The position numbers were made by a program, and so were the translations under genes. Of a DNA stretch of 64,000 bases, positions 41,357 to 53,277 are shown in pieces (position 1 is the first letter of the stretch; every line of letters starts with the position of its first letter). Source of the stretch: Laetmonice hystrix (taxonomy: Eukaryota); assembly GCA_965235115.1 (NCBI GenBank), contig OZ249436.1, forward strand, positions 35,838,001 through 35,902,000, read 5' to 3'. Under the pieces are notes generated by a model that saw only the letters and a program-made list of their open reading frames with translations, was not told the DNA's origin and made no database searches.

Positions 41357-41633
41357 GGGGGCGGGGCAGTCGCCCGCTACCGAACGTTCGCTTTCCTCAC
41401 AGAGAAAATACCTGCGTTTTTTAACCCGCATTGTACGGCCCGCTACCCGCACCGTGTGCCGAAGGCTTGGTGTGGCAGGTACATTCCCCCACCTACGTAC
41501 ACAGTTAGCAGGTTCCGTTTGCTGGTATTCCGTCTTGTTTTCTCCCTGCTGTAAGACTTGCGTCGTTTGCTTTTACTGATCAGTCGGACAACAGGAGATC
41601 CAACGTCGGTTTACTTGTCTGTTGTTATCTGAG
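41357..41633 (+). promoter_or_regulatory. Candidate intronic promoter / non-coding alternative first exon
   Basis: Locally CpG-rich, with GC box gggggcggggc at 41357-41367. The following ~265 nt are ATG-free and end at a donor-like GAG|gtaaca (41633/41634). Confidence 0.3.
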
Positions 41634-44600
41634 GTAACAATTGGTGGAAGTCTTCATGATATTTGGTCTGCAGACGGGAAACATCCAGTCCATATTTTTT
41701 TTTGGGGGGGGGGGGGGGTTGACACAGTTTTCATAAACCAGCTAGATTTTGAAATCATAAGTTTTGTTTAAAGTATGGGTGATGAGTTTATTGGGTGGGG
41801 AGACTTGCATACCTGTAGTTTTATATTAGCTCGGCTCACCTGCAAACCAGCTGGTCGCATAGATAGATGGCCTGCAGTCATGCCAACATCCATCCGAAAT
41901 TCCTGCCTGCTACCATGCTGCTCACATCAAACCATCATTTATTTTTCCATTTCCTAGGATTCCTTTATTTGATAGTGGCCAGCGGTGGGGCAGTTGTATG
42001 TGTTCAGCAGGGGGCGTGGCCGAGCCTGTGTTCGCCACAGGCCGTCCTCGTCCTCCTCGTACCATTTTGTGATATTGTGACGTGACCGAGGTCGTCATGT
42101 TTGTCGGCTGTCACTCTCCCGGCATGGGGCCTCACTGCGGGGTGAGATTGAGTGGGGGTTTACGTCCGGGTATATAGGTATGGGGGTGTAGCAGGTGTAG
42201 ATGGGTGATCTGGTATGTGTAGCTGGATGGCACTGGTCAGTGGGGTTTCAGGTTGTACGATAAGGGCTACATAAAGAGTACTGGTAGCCCAGGATACGTT
42301 GTAAACCGTGCCTCTGATGATCAACAGCTGTTACCGTTATTAAATCAAAGATGAGGATTTTCTAATTAATGATGTCATGTTAGACACACCGGTACTTGTT
42401 ACAGAACTACCTCCGCGGCGTTGGAGGTAGTTGTAGCCGTGTAAAGTTTTTCTTTAGGTCATGGTATTTTTCGATGTGAATAATGTGATGGGTATTACAT
42501 ATACCATATACTTGTTGAATACAAAATCATGGCTATCGGTTGCGATCAAATTAGAAACATGCAACCCTAATCCTAAGTATTATGTAAATACACTACCTAA
42601 TGTCGTCGTCAGGCAATTTCACCTCCCTGCCCCCTCCTGCTTTTCCAAACATGAGCCCAGGGGGCGGTAGATAATATGCGCGATTTGTGACTAATATTCA
42701 TGAGTATACAGCAAATTAAGCACGAGTGAAACCTATTAAGAGATTACTACTTAAAAACGCTAAAAAAACCCAAAAGTACTCAGCTGGGTAGAACGTACAT
42801 GTATACAGGTAGAATGCAGTTAGATGGGGCAGCATTTACCTTGCCACTGGCAGGTTTGGTCCAGGTACGGATATCATATGCAGGGACCATAGGAGTGTGA
42901 TGTAGGTGTGTTAATATAGATAGCTATGCGGGAGGGAGGTGCTTGAGAGTGAGATTTTAATTGATGTCTCATACCGTTAATGAGGTTTGACATTATATCC
43001 CAAGCTTGTGGACGACAGACGTATTCCACTCGTCCAAACACTCTGGCCATGCCGAATATATTGCAGTCGGTAAAGACTTGGAATGTTTCTAGCAGGTCCA
43101 GTCCTTTTACAGTGAGAAGTTCAGAGAAAGGCCGGCAAAGAAAACAACATCAGTGACGAACATTACAAAAGAATAAGGCGACTGAGGAAATTGGAATCTG
43201 CAAAGCTGTCTCCAGTACTTCTTGTTGTAGCATGAGGAATCTACGAGGCTTATGCCGTGAAAATGAAATTGCTACTCAGCCAAGGGAAGGCTTTGAAGGA
43301 AATCTCGCTAGAAACCATTAACCCTCGCTACCCACCCGCCCATGATCCTCCTGGGTAGGCTGCGTCCGTTCCCACCGTGGAGTGGGTTTGTGTAGCTCTC
43401 ATGTCGTCTCCCTCCTGACGTCTTGTCGTGTAGATCCCTGGAGGACGATCACTCAGGATGACTCATCCTCGTAAGTTAGGAGATCTGCCATCCTCCGTGG
43501 TCTCTGCTGATGGTCGGTCACTGCATGACCATGATATGATGCTCCCAGGGTGCGGAGTTTACAGGAAACTGTAGCAAGGCCTGATACATTTTGTTAATTC
43601 ACAATGAAGGAATGCACGAGGTTTACGTTGCTACCCTGGCAACACTTGCTCTAAATCAGCGTTGTCAATATGTCGGTTTATTTGTCACTGTTTTATTTGG
43701 GTATCATGTTTTAGGTTAATTAGGGGGAAACACTTGAAACCATTCTTTCTGTAGCTCTTTGGTTGTGACAAAACCAGAATGTGGTATTCTCTGTTGATAG
43801 GTGAGTGATAAATAGGCTTTTTTCATAATGTCGTATAAAATTATAGCGTATCGAAGAAGAAAAAAATTGACAAGGATTTTTCTGCTTCTAAAACCATGGA
43901 AGCCTTGTCTAACCCGTCTTTCTGGTAGTGAGTCTAGCGACGTTCCAAAGGTCAAAATGATGAAGTCACTAGAGAGAATATAGGGTAAAGGTGCCATGGT
44001 GGTCTTGTGAGGCCAGCATTGTGTAAATGTTGCTGTCTCATACGGGCTGGAAAGTTGCGTTATGGGGGCCGGTCGGGACAGAGCTAATGTCTTACCTTAC
44101 CCCAGAGAGAAGCTAGAAACCAGACCGAGGCTGCTTCCATGTCTACAGGGTGCGCTGACCCCGATGACCTTACCGACGGGTAGGATACATGAGTGACAGA
44201 CGGGAGTAGCAGGGGTGGTAATTATACAACCTGAACTCTGGGTTAGGATGGGGAAGTGAAACAGACTACGTCGATAAATATAAATAACAAACAGTGACTT
44301 GACGAGGGGGGGTGGATGGGTGGAAAAACACCAGATTCAGATTCGCTTGTCGGATGAAGGCATTAATTATAATATAACAATAGCCTGGATAGGGATCGCT
44401 CCCCCAAAGTAAGATATTATGCTAAAATGCATCACCAAGCTCACCTCCATGTAAATATCATGAGGGTGTGTCTCTCTGGTAGGTAAAATATCTGTACCTG
44501 TCTTCTCAGCGATCACCTTTCATGCTCTGTTGCCTGCTCTCAAGGGTTTGACGGGCCCCATCGCTGTGGAAATTAAGCTTCTTTTTTTTTTGCTCCAGTG

Positions 44601-44740
44601 CCGTATTTATGGAATTGTGGTATTGCAAGTAGAATATATACCTGGCTTTTATTTGTACCGTCAAACGCACTTCGTGGAAGTGTGTGAAGGGTGAATACCA
44701 GCAGTGAGGTAAATGAATTGTTTTATATTATTACTTGCAG

Positions 44741-47700
44741 GTGAAGTCCTCATTGAGTACTCCAGCCCCGCCCTCAACGTCCAGGTCCTTGTCAACCCAC
44801 AATGTGCCACCGTCTCCGCCCAAGTCCGCCACCTGCTTCTCGCAGGAGGCAAGCACCGTCATCTTCTATATGCTGGCCATACAATCCAGGGATCAGGCGA
44901 CTGGCTCCTCCAAGATGATCGCTTCACTTTCGAGAAGTTTGCTGAGATTGCGAAATCTACTGACATTGAAAATGCCCTGAAGCAGCAGGAAGGAGGTTCG
45001 CTTGACATCAGTGTCTTTGCTGAAGGTGACTGGAAGGAAGCCCACGTCACCAAACAAAGTTTCGCCAAACTGCTCAAAGTTAGGGTCAACCCAGAAGAGA
45101 AACTAGTAGACATGAACGGAATTCTCCAGTTCTCTGCCTACCTGACCTTCTTTGTGAAAGTACGCTCCAGCAAAGATCTTCTTCTGGCATCAGATGTCGT
45201 CGGTAACATCCGCTTCAGCCGCCCAACCCTGTACATCTTTCCCGGATCACAGGGGGATTCAGCGCTTTTTGGTATCAGTGGATTCAACCTGCTCGTCAAT
45301 GGCGGTTACAGTCGCAAGTCCTGCTTTTGGGACTTCACACGCCACCTCGATCGCATCGACGCTGTAGTCACTACACACCTTGGCGCAGACAACTTCCAAG
45401 GAATTAGTGCAGTCCTGGAACGTAAAGCTGCTGATAATGTACACCCTGAGATAGGTTTCATGTATATGAATGCTGTTGAGAAGTCTAAGCACTCCCCGAA
45501 TGGTGATGTTCTGCCTGAAAATGGAGGTAGCCACAAACCAGCCAGTCTGTTAGTCAATTTAGTTGAGGAAGGTAATCGCATAGTCATGAATTTGAAGCAA
45601 CTCGGTCAGACCCCAAGCCCTTGTGTAGGTCATTTGAGTGCTAGTGCCCTTGAGCCAATCACATTATATCATAAAGTAGGACATGGTACCCTTGATATGT
45701 TTGTTCTCAACCCAATGCAGGACAGTAAAGAGTTGAAAGAATTCTTGAGCCAGTGGCACAAAGATGTAGGCAACTTCACAGTGTCCAAATCAGGACTACG
45801 GGGTGGCAACATACCCTTACCCAACATGGTGTCGATCTGTGCCCTGTTGGTATGGAAGCCTTCGGTCCACACAGAGAAAATTACACGAATCCTCTTCCCT
45901 GGTAGTGCGCCACAGAACAAGATCTTTGAAGGCTTGGACAAGCTGAAAAATATGGACATCTTCCAACACGAAACATGCAGTGAGAAAAGTCTGCATGCGA
46001 GCAAAATCACATCCAAGAAGCCTACAGCTGGTGGCGGTAGATCGGCAAGGGCACCAACACCAAGAAGTACACCCTCAAAGACAGATGTGAAGAAGACAAT
46101 TGACAAGAAGCCACCCAAAGCTGAAAAGGGTGTAAAAGAAGAGAAAAATAATAAAAAGGCATCGGAGAAGAAAGAAAAGAAGTCACCAAGATCCTCAAAG
46201 TCAACCACCCCTGCCAGTGTGACTCCATCTCATAGTGCATCAGAGGTGTCATCCCCTCAGTTGGAAAAATCCCTGTCCCCAGCAGAACCTCCAAAGGAGG
46301 CCTGGCCGGAGGTGAAGGAAGAGAAAAAGGCTGAGGTGCCTGCTCCAGAGCCAGAACTGATATCGGCATTTGCTGCACCACAACCCCAAGCGCCGCCAAC
46401 TCCTGAGACTGAGTCGGAATCGGCTCAGCAGGCCGAACAGGTCGCCAAGCCAGAGGCAGACCAGGCTCCTGCCGAACCTCTACCAGAACCATTCAATGTA
46501 CCCGCCCTCCACTCTCCGGAGCCTCTCCCTGAACCATCTGAATTTGGCGTACAGTCATTGGCCACAAGTGCCGTAGAAGATCCAATAGCTGAGAAGATTG
46601 TTGCTCTACCTGTGGAAACGGCACCGTTAGACGAGACACCAGACTCCGAGAAGGAGATCGAGCCAATACCTAGCCCCGCAAAACCCTCTTCAGATCTAAT
46701 GTTTGATGAAGAGGTACCTGTTGAGTCGGCCCCTGTGCATGCTACCCCTCCTGCACCTGAGCCACTCCTCTGCTTCGATGAGCCAAAGGAAGAAGCAAAA
46801 GAGCCAGAACCCGAGGTAGCAGAGCATCCACTTCTCCCGGAGGAGCCATGTTTTGCAGAACCACCCACAGAAGAAATTCTTCCAGACCCCCTAATTTCCC
46901 TAAAGTCAGAACCCATTGTTCCTGAGCCGGCCAAGGAACCAGAACAACTACCCCCATCACCCTTTGGAGATGATGAGAAAAGGAGCCTAGAAGACTTGGG
47001 TATATATGATGATGAAAAAGATGTTGATACAGCAGAGCTGATGAGCTCACCAAAAGAGTCAGGGAAGGGACAATCCCCTGGGTCCATGGAAGATTTGGGC
47101 ATCTACGATGATGAACCTGAAAGCTCTCAGCCTCCTGGAACCGAATCGACTCAGTCATTAGAACAAATAGGTGTACTTGAACAACCGGAAGCTGAGAGAG
47201 TTGGTACAAATGCTGCTGAAGCCGTGCACCAGCTAGGAGAAGCTCAGGGGCAAGAGGAGGTCGGAGCCTCACAACAACCCGAAGCTGACCAGATGGTGTT
47301 TGGAGGAGCAGCTCCAGAGGGCTTGCCTGAACCAGTAGAACCAGTCATGGAGCCAGAAATGTCCATGGAACAAGACTTCTTGGACCAAATGCAGCAGAGT
47401 GAAGTAAAACTTAAGGATGTTGATATGCCACCAGTTCCTGAGCCAGAAACAATGGAAGCAATGCAGCAAGAGCAAACTCCTGTCACCCCAGAACCAGAGG
47501 TTGAAGTTGCCCGAGAGGCAGACCTGGAAACGTCCTTAAATTTGGAATCTCTAGTTACAGAACTGGAGAAGCCAGAGATTGAAATGGCTGAGGAGCTAGT
47601 AGCCGAGCGTGAACCAGTGGTGAGCACAGAGACCAGTCAGCCTGATGTCATGACCCCAGAACCTGCGCCCTGTGTAGTATCTGAGCCTGAAATAGAATTT

Positions 47701-50298
47701 GCTTCAGAACCACAGGTGGAAACAGAGCCAGAGATTCCACAAGAAGCCCGACAGGCTGAAGCTGCCCCAGTGATCCCAGAAGCTGAGTCTGAGGTTGCAA
47801 AGGAACCTGAACCTGAGGCTGTAGTGCCCGAGCCGAGTCCTGCTACCATGGAGGACCCAGCGGTTGCTGCTTTTACCCCAGAGCAAGCTGTTGAAGCTGC
47901 AGAGGAAGCTCCACGTTCACCAGGGAGTGACGTTTGTCAAAGTCCAAAGTCACTCTCCGATGAAGGGAGCCACGATGACGACACGCCCGCCCCTCAGGCT
48001 GTGGAGCAAGCTCTTGAGGCAGAAGAAGCAGCTGAGCCAACAGAATGTAGGGTATGTGATGAAAGGAAGATCTTCCCAGATGAAGAGGTGAGTGAGAAAC
48101 CCGAGGTAGACCAAGTGCCCATCTCACCCGAGGTTCCAGTAGATGAGGCAGAGGAGGCTGCAGAAGCGTCACGAGATTTAGAATGTAAGGCTTGTGATGA
48201 GAGAAGACTTTTTGATGAGGAGCCAGTGGAAGAAGCCAAAGTTCCCAGCCCGCAACCTGTAGATTTTGATGATGAGTCAAAGGGCGAAGCCAAAGTTCCT
48301 AGCCTAGAAAAGGGAGGATTATATGAAGAACCAAAGGAGGAAGCTAAGGTCCCTAGCCCCTTATCTATGGAAGTTGATGAGTCACATAGTCATTATGACA
48401 ACTACCCAAGATCACCAGTCGAGGCCCCCGAGATGGCTGACGAGGTAGTAGTGCCAGAAGAGGCTGTCCCAGTAAAGTCGCAGCCAGACAGTGACCTTAG
48501 CCCACACCAGGAACAGCCAGGAGTCGCCTCTTCAGACTTTCACCATGATGTTATGGCCAGGTCGGCAGAAGATGTGCCCGACATCCCGTCAAGTGAAGAG
48601 GAAGATGACAGACTTCCCTCTCCAGCTGAAGCTGACATGGACTTTGGTGGTCCACCCGCACACGGTCACCTCGCTGTTGATAGTCCAGAGGAGTTGAAAA
48701 TCCCAGAACAAGATGACAGGGTTGAGAAGGCAAGGCCTGAGGAACTAGACACCCCGCCTCATGAGTTCCATGTTGACCCACAAACTCCATCACCTCAGCC
48801 AAAACAGGGCATGGAACAGTCCTTCGTGGAAGCCTGTGAGGTTGTTCCCGAACTTCCCCAGACTGCTCAGATCGAGGAGCTGCCGTCTCCCTCCGAGCCG
48901 TCAGTCTCTGAACCGCTGACAGCCACTGCTACCACCCCCGACGAGGATGCCGGTCCGTACCTAAAGGAACATGATGGCGACGATGACAGTTTGCTGCAGC
49001 CTCAGGAACCAGAGCCAGCACAGTTCACAGATAACACTTTCCAGCCACCGTCTAATCCGTTTGAGATTGTAGATGGCCCAACACAGTCTGGCATGTCTAT
49101 GTCATTCTACGACGATAACATGCAGCAGTCTACAACAAATCCATTCCTTGGTGTGAGCGGAGATGATATGCTCCAGCCTGAAACCTCGACCATTCCACAG
49201 GCCATGACGGCAGGCTCGCTGGAGCAGGCCAACAATAACCCATTCGATCCCCCAGCTCCAGTGCCACCCCAAACAGATGCTTTACGGCAGTCTGAGCTAG
49301 AACGTGATTCTCTCGAACGCGAAGAGGATGCCTTTGACCCACTGAAGTCCTGGGGTCAACCCATGGGTCTACCCGCACCTGCCCCACCTAGCGGCACAAC
49401 TCCAGAGAAAAAGGTGGGTGAGAAGAAAGAAGCAGCCAGCAAAAAGCCGTCGTCTGCAACTGGCAAGAAGCTAGACCCAAAGAAGCCCACAACTGCTGCG
49501 AGGACACCAATGAAGAAATCTGTCGCCTCCAGCCCCGGTGCATCGGAAAGGTTGGCTTCTACCAAGAAGGATCCAATAAAGAAGGAACCATCGACACCTA
49601 AAAGGGAGCCTGCCAAGAAAACATCAGCTAAACTGGATTCGCCAAAGAAAGAAACCAAACCAAAGAACGGGCCAGCTCCTGCTGAAAAGATAAAGAACGG
49701 AACAGCAAAGGAGACAGACTCTAAGAACATTACTTCAAAATCAACAGCTGCGCCCAGAAAAGAATCTACAAAGGTGAAGAAGACTGCTCCTAGCTCCAGA
49801 CCAGCCACTGCCCCTGCAAAACCGGAGGCCGCCAAGTCTGAGGCCATGAAGCGCGACTCCTCAAAGCGAGCACCTCCAGCCCGACGGCCCGCCACAGCCG
49901 CTGCCATGGGTAAAGCACCCACAACCAAGGCAGCCACCCCAACCCCGGTGGTGCCTTTCTATGTGGACCTGACGTACGTACCAAGCCATGGGGATTTGCA
50001 CTATGTGGACCTGGACTTTTTCCGGCGGGTAAGAGCAAGGTATTACGTGATCAGTGCACTAAACCCATCACCGGTGGTTCTTAACGCCCTTCTGGAGGCC
50101 AAACAGACGTGGGAGAACCCTGAGGCGGAGGTGACACTGATTCCAACCTACGACACTGAGACATTACGCCGCTGGATGGGACAACATCACGACCAGCTTT
50201 CAGCCCTCAAAGTCGACGTGGCCCCGTCGGCCAGCCGCTGCACCATCCAGCTACAGGACCACGAGACAAGCTGTGCCGCCTACCGTCTCGAATTCTAA
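44741..50298 (+). CDS. futsch: Giant terminal coding exon of microtubule-associated protein MAP1 family (Futsch/MAP1B/MAP1S homolog), ~1850 aa
   Basis: Acceptor ttattacttgcag ends at 44740 (phase 1), and the frame is open to TAA at 50296-50298. It contains the MAP1 N-terminal conserved block (RPTLYIFPGSQGDSALFGISGFNLLVNGG..KSCFWDFTRHLDRIDAVVTTHLGADN; LYHKVGHGTLDMFVLNP; ICALLVWKP; ITRILFPGSAPQNKIFEGLDKLK). A Lys-rich microtubule-binding segment and a long Glu/Pro-rich region follow. Then come the WGQPMGLPAP motif, a second basic segment and the light-chain C-terminus (FYVDLTYVP..DFFRRVRARYYVIS..LNALLEAKQTW..VTLIPTYDT..CTIQLQDHETSCAAYRLEF*). Confidence 0.97.
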
Positions 50299-53277
50299 GC
50301 CGTTCTAAGGCAGAGACAACCCCCCCAACAGTTAAATTATACCTAGGTGTAATAAGTGATACTTGTATGATTATTTAATGTTGTGCTCGTTGCCTTCAGA
50401 AGCTATTATCTTGGTTGATGCACTTGAACTGGAGTAAGGTATTGTCGGATGCAATGAGTCCGTAGTCGGTGCTTGTCCTGGGTGGGTCCGAGGTCTCCGG
50501 GTTATCGGCCCACGTTCTGTGGAGGCTGCGAGGAGAGGGGTCGGTAACCTATCTGTCGTGCAGACCTGGCCATACTCCCAAGAGCACAGGTCAGGCGTAC
50601 CGCAATGTGGAGACGAAGTGAAGCGTTAATAGACTGCCCTACAAGTAGTTCAGATTTGGACCAAGTGATAAAAGGAGGGGTATTACCTTAAGTCATGTAG
50701 TTGCTCTCTTTCATTATTTTCTTCAGCCAGATTCATATGGGTGGTACGCAGTCGGGGATCGGGTCAGCTAGACCAGAGGAGGCCTACCGTATTGGCTGAC
50801 TGCATGGTATACTTCCTTACGGTGTGACCCATGCCTATGCTAATGAAATTGCTTCAATCTAGCTGCTGACAAAAGTTACTTTTTCACTTAAGACACAGTG
50901 CAATGAATTTTCACAGATACCATGATGTCCTTAGATTTGGAATTGTTAATATTTTGTCTGTGGAGAATTTAATGAATTAAATGAGAGATACTGATAAGTG
51001 ATTTCAAATGTGGATTGTAAGTTATAAGTGATGTGAGGACGGCAGTTTAACTTAGATCATGTGTAAAATTAAAATTTCTTATTTCCTGTGCTCATAATTA
51101 GAAGTGTAAGGTATCGATAAGAATGAGAGAATTCCACCGTTTAAAACAATGAAATTTCTTTGTTCTGTAGTAGGGAATATACATTCCTACTGAACCTTAT
51201 TAATTTGATTTGTCCAGATGATATGTAGTGGTAATTGTACGTGAGAATTGAAGATGGTGAAATGTGATGAAAGGAGTAAAAAGTACCCAGGTTTGCAATG
51301 AAAATGGCAGAAAAAAAACATGTAGGCCTGATCTAGTCAAGAACGTATAGCGATGTTTTGGTATTGTGTAGCCTAAACTAGGTCCTGACTCTGCCTTAAT
51401 TGTCATGCTTGCCATGGTGTAGGTGATGCTGCACCGCTGGTCATGGTGTATGTGGATGCTGCACCGCAGGTCAGCAGCAGGTGGCTTTCAGTATTTTTTT
51501 TTGTGTAACTGGCTGTGCATGACAGGAGAAGATATATTACTGGCTGTTGAAAGCAGTTTGATTTACTGTCGTATTAGGGGTGCCAAACCCAGCGCAGAAC
51601 TTGCCGGGGGAGTGCATTCGCCCTGAGCTCTGCTGCGGCAATATTTTGCTGACTGCAGAGTAAGGGGTGGAGACATCCATGAGCAGTGTTCCTTATATGA
51701 AAGCATGCAAAATGAACGTTTTGTGGTACTCGTAAACCAGAACAGGTGTAAATAGGATAGGCGGAAGCAGTGGGCTTACAACTTGCAGGTTAAGGCCTAG
51801 TGGCCCGAAAAAGGAAAGTAAGAGTTCAGAACTCTTTAGTGTATCTTTATTGTAGCCTGCAAGTGCTTTTAACAAAACTGTCGCTTTTATGCAGGTTATA
51901 TTGTGATTTTTCTTTCTGTTTAAGGCGGCCATTATTTGTGTCGTTTTTTGTGCATCCGTGCAGGGGAACAGGGAAGTAAAATCATTGTTCCTCATGGTTA
52001 ATGTTCTTTACGGGGCTTGAAGTGATTAAAGGTGAGGTGTCGCCCCCACCAGGTGATGATGCTCAGTGAGTGACCATCATCTTACTGATAGCGCCGCGGA
52101 CAGCAGAATATGAAACCAAAGAGGTCAGGGGTTGGGCCCGGCCGGCCGGCCGAGATCTCTCTCCTCCCGGCGTCCAGGGGTCGTTGTGTCCGCCACATAA
52201 TCAGACATAATCAGACACACGGCAGAATGGCTCCCGTCACCCAGACACGGTAGGGAGAGTGCTACGGAGCCAACATTTGTTCAATTTGAAGATTACAGTT
52301 TACGTAGACGTAGAACCCGCCTTATAGGAAGGAACCAGCCACGATTTCCGACACCATTCGGTGCTGCTGTCAGTTGTATTTATCAAATCACAACTTCACA
52401 CTGCCTGCCAAAGCTACCAGCCACCCCCACCCACCAAGTTATTACTACTCTTCACATAACAATATACTCCGTACTTTGTCAGTTTACACGTTGATGGTCC
52501 TTATTAAATGGTCTGGCGTAGCCTTTACATTAGGTGTACAACGAAGGCGTGGCATTACGGTGGATTTATTAACTCCAAGTTTGACCTTAGCTTACACATA
52601 TGTCAGGCCGATAGTTGAGTGGCCAACCATCTCTTCGGAATAGCTGGTGATTCATGTTTAAAGATCGCACTAACATTTATGAGGTTAGTCTACATCTCTA
52701 TAAGTCCTCATGTGAGCAGTCAAGGAAAGCGATACTCTGAAATTTGAAGGTAATACAACACTTTAACCTGTTCCTGTAATCTAGCCAGTTTCGTCAGGAA
52801 GCATTGGTTCAGTGAAGACGCTAGCTTCCATGTACAATTGTTACCAGCTCAACAATGGCTGAATGGTGGAACTGGGATGAGACTTTGGTGCGTATAGTCG
52901 CCAATAGGTGACACTGCTTGTAACAATATAATAATGCACTTTTTTTGCCATCTAGTGGCAAGTGAATATACCGACATCATATTTCGGTGCCATGGCATGC
53001 ATGCAGGGGCATGTGGTCTGTGGTCAGATGTACGGGAGTAGGGGAACGGGGATCGGTTGTGCTGACACTAAATTTCAGATTTCTCTAGACCTGCTAAATA
53101 CGCCTGAAAAAGAAGTGTATCGTAAATGTTGTGTTTTACAGCGGTAGGCTTTAACCCCGATCTGCGAGGTCGTTCGCCCAGACGTATTCCGGATAAAGTG
53201 GATTTGTGATAATCTGCCCAGAGTAAAGATGTGGCTGTTCTGCTTCGTGTACGTCGGGCGCCCCGTGCCCTCATGCT

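Larger units (their letters stand above)
34014..44740 (+). other. GT-AG intron (10,727 bp) of the futsch/MAP1 gene
   Basis: GT at 34014 and AG at 44739-44740. The spliced protein reads ...GEEGPNG|EVLIEYSS... with no gap relative to the recalled family alignment (Futsch ...GEEARHGERLIQYAS...). Confidence 0.85.

Noticed and set aside
44713..44740. ATG at 44713 as the start of the 1861-aa ORF
   Set aside because: MNCFILLLA is the translated polypyrimidine tract/acceptor. Homology continues in the upstream exon at 33915-34013.
44859..50038. Many antisense and alternate-frame ORFs over the giant exon
   Set aside because: Shadows of the biased Glu/Pro/Lys codon usage of the real CDS.
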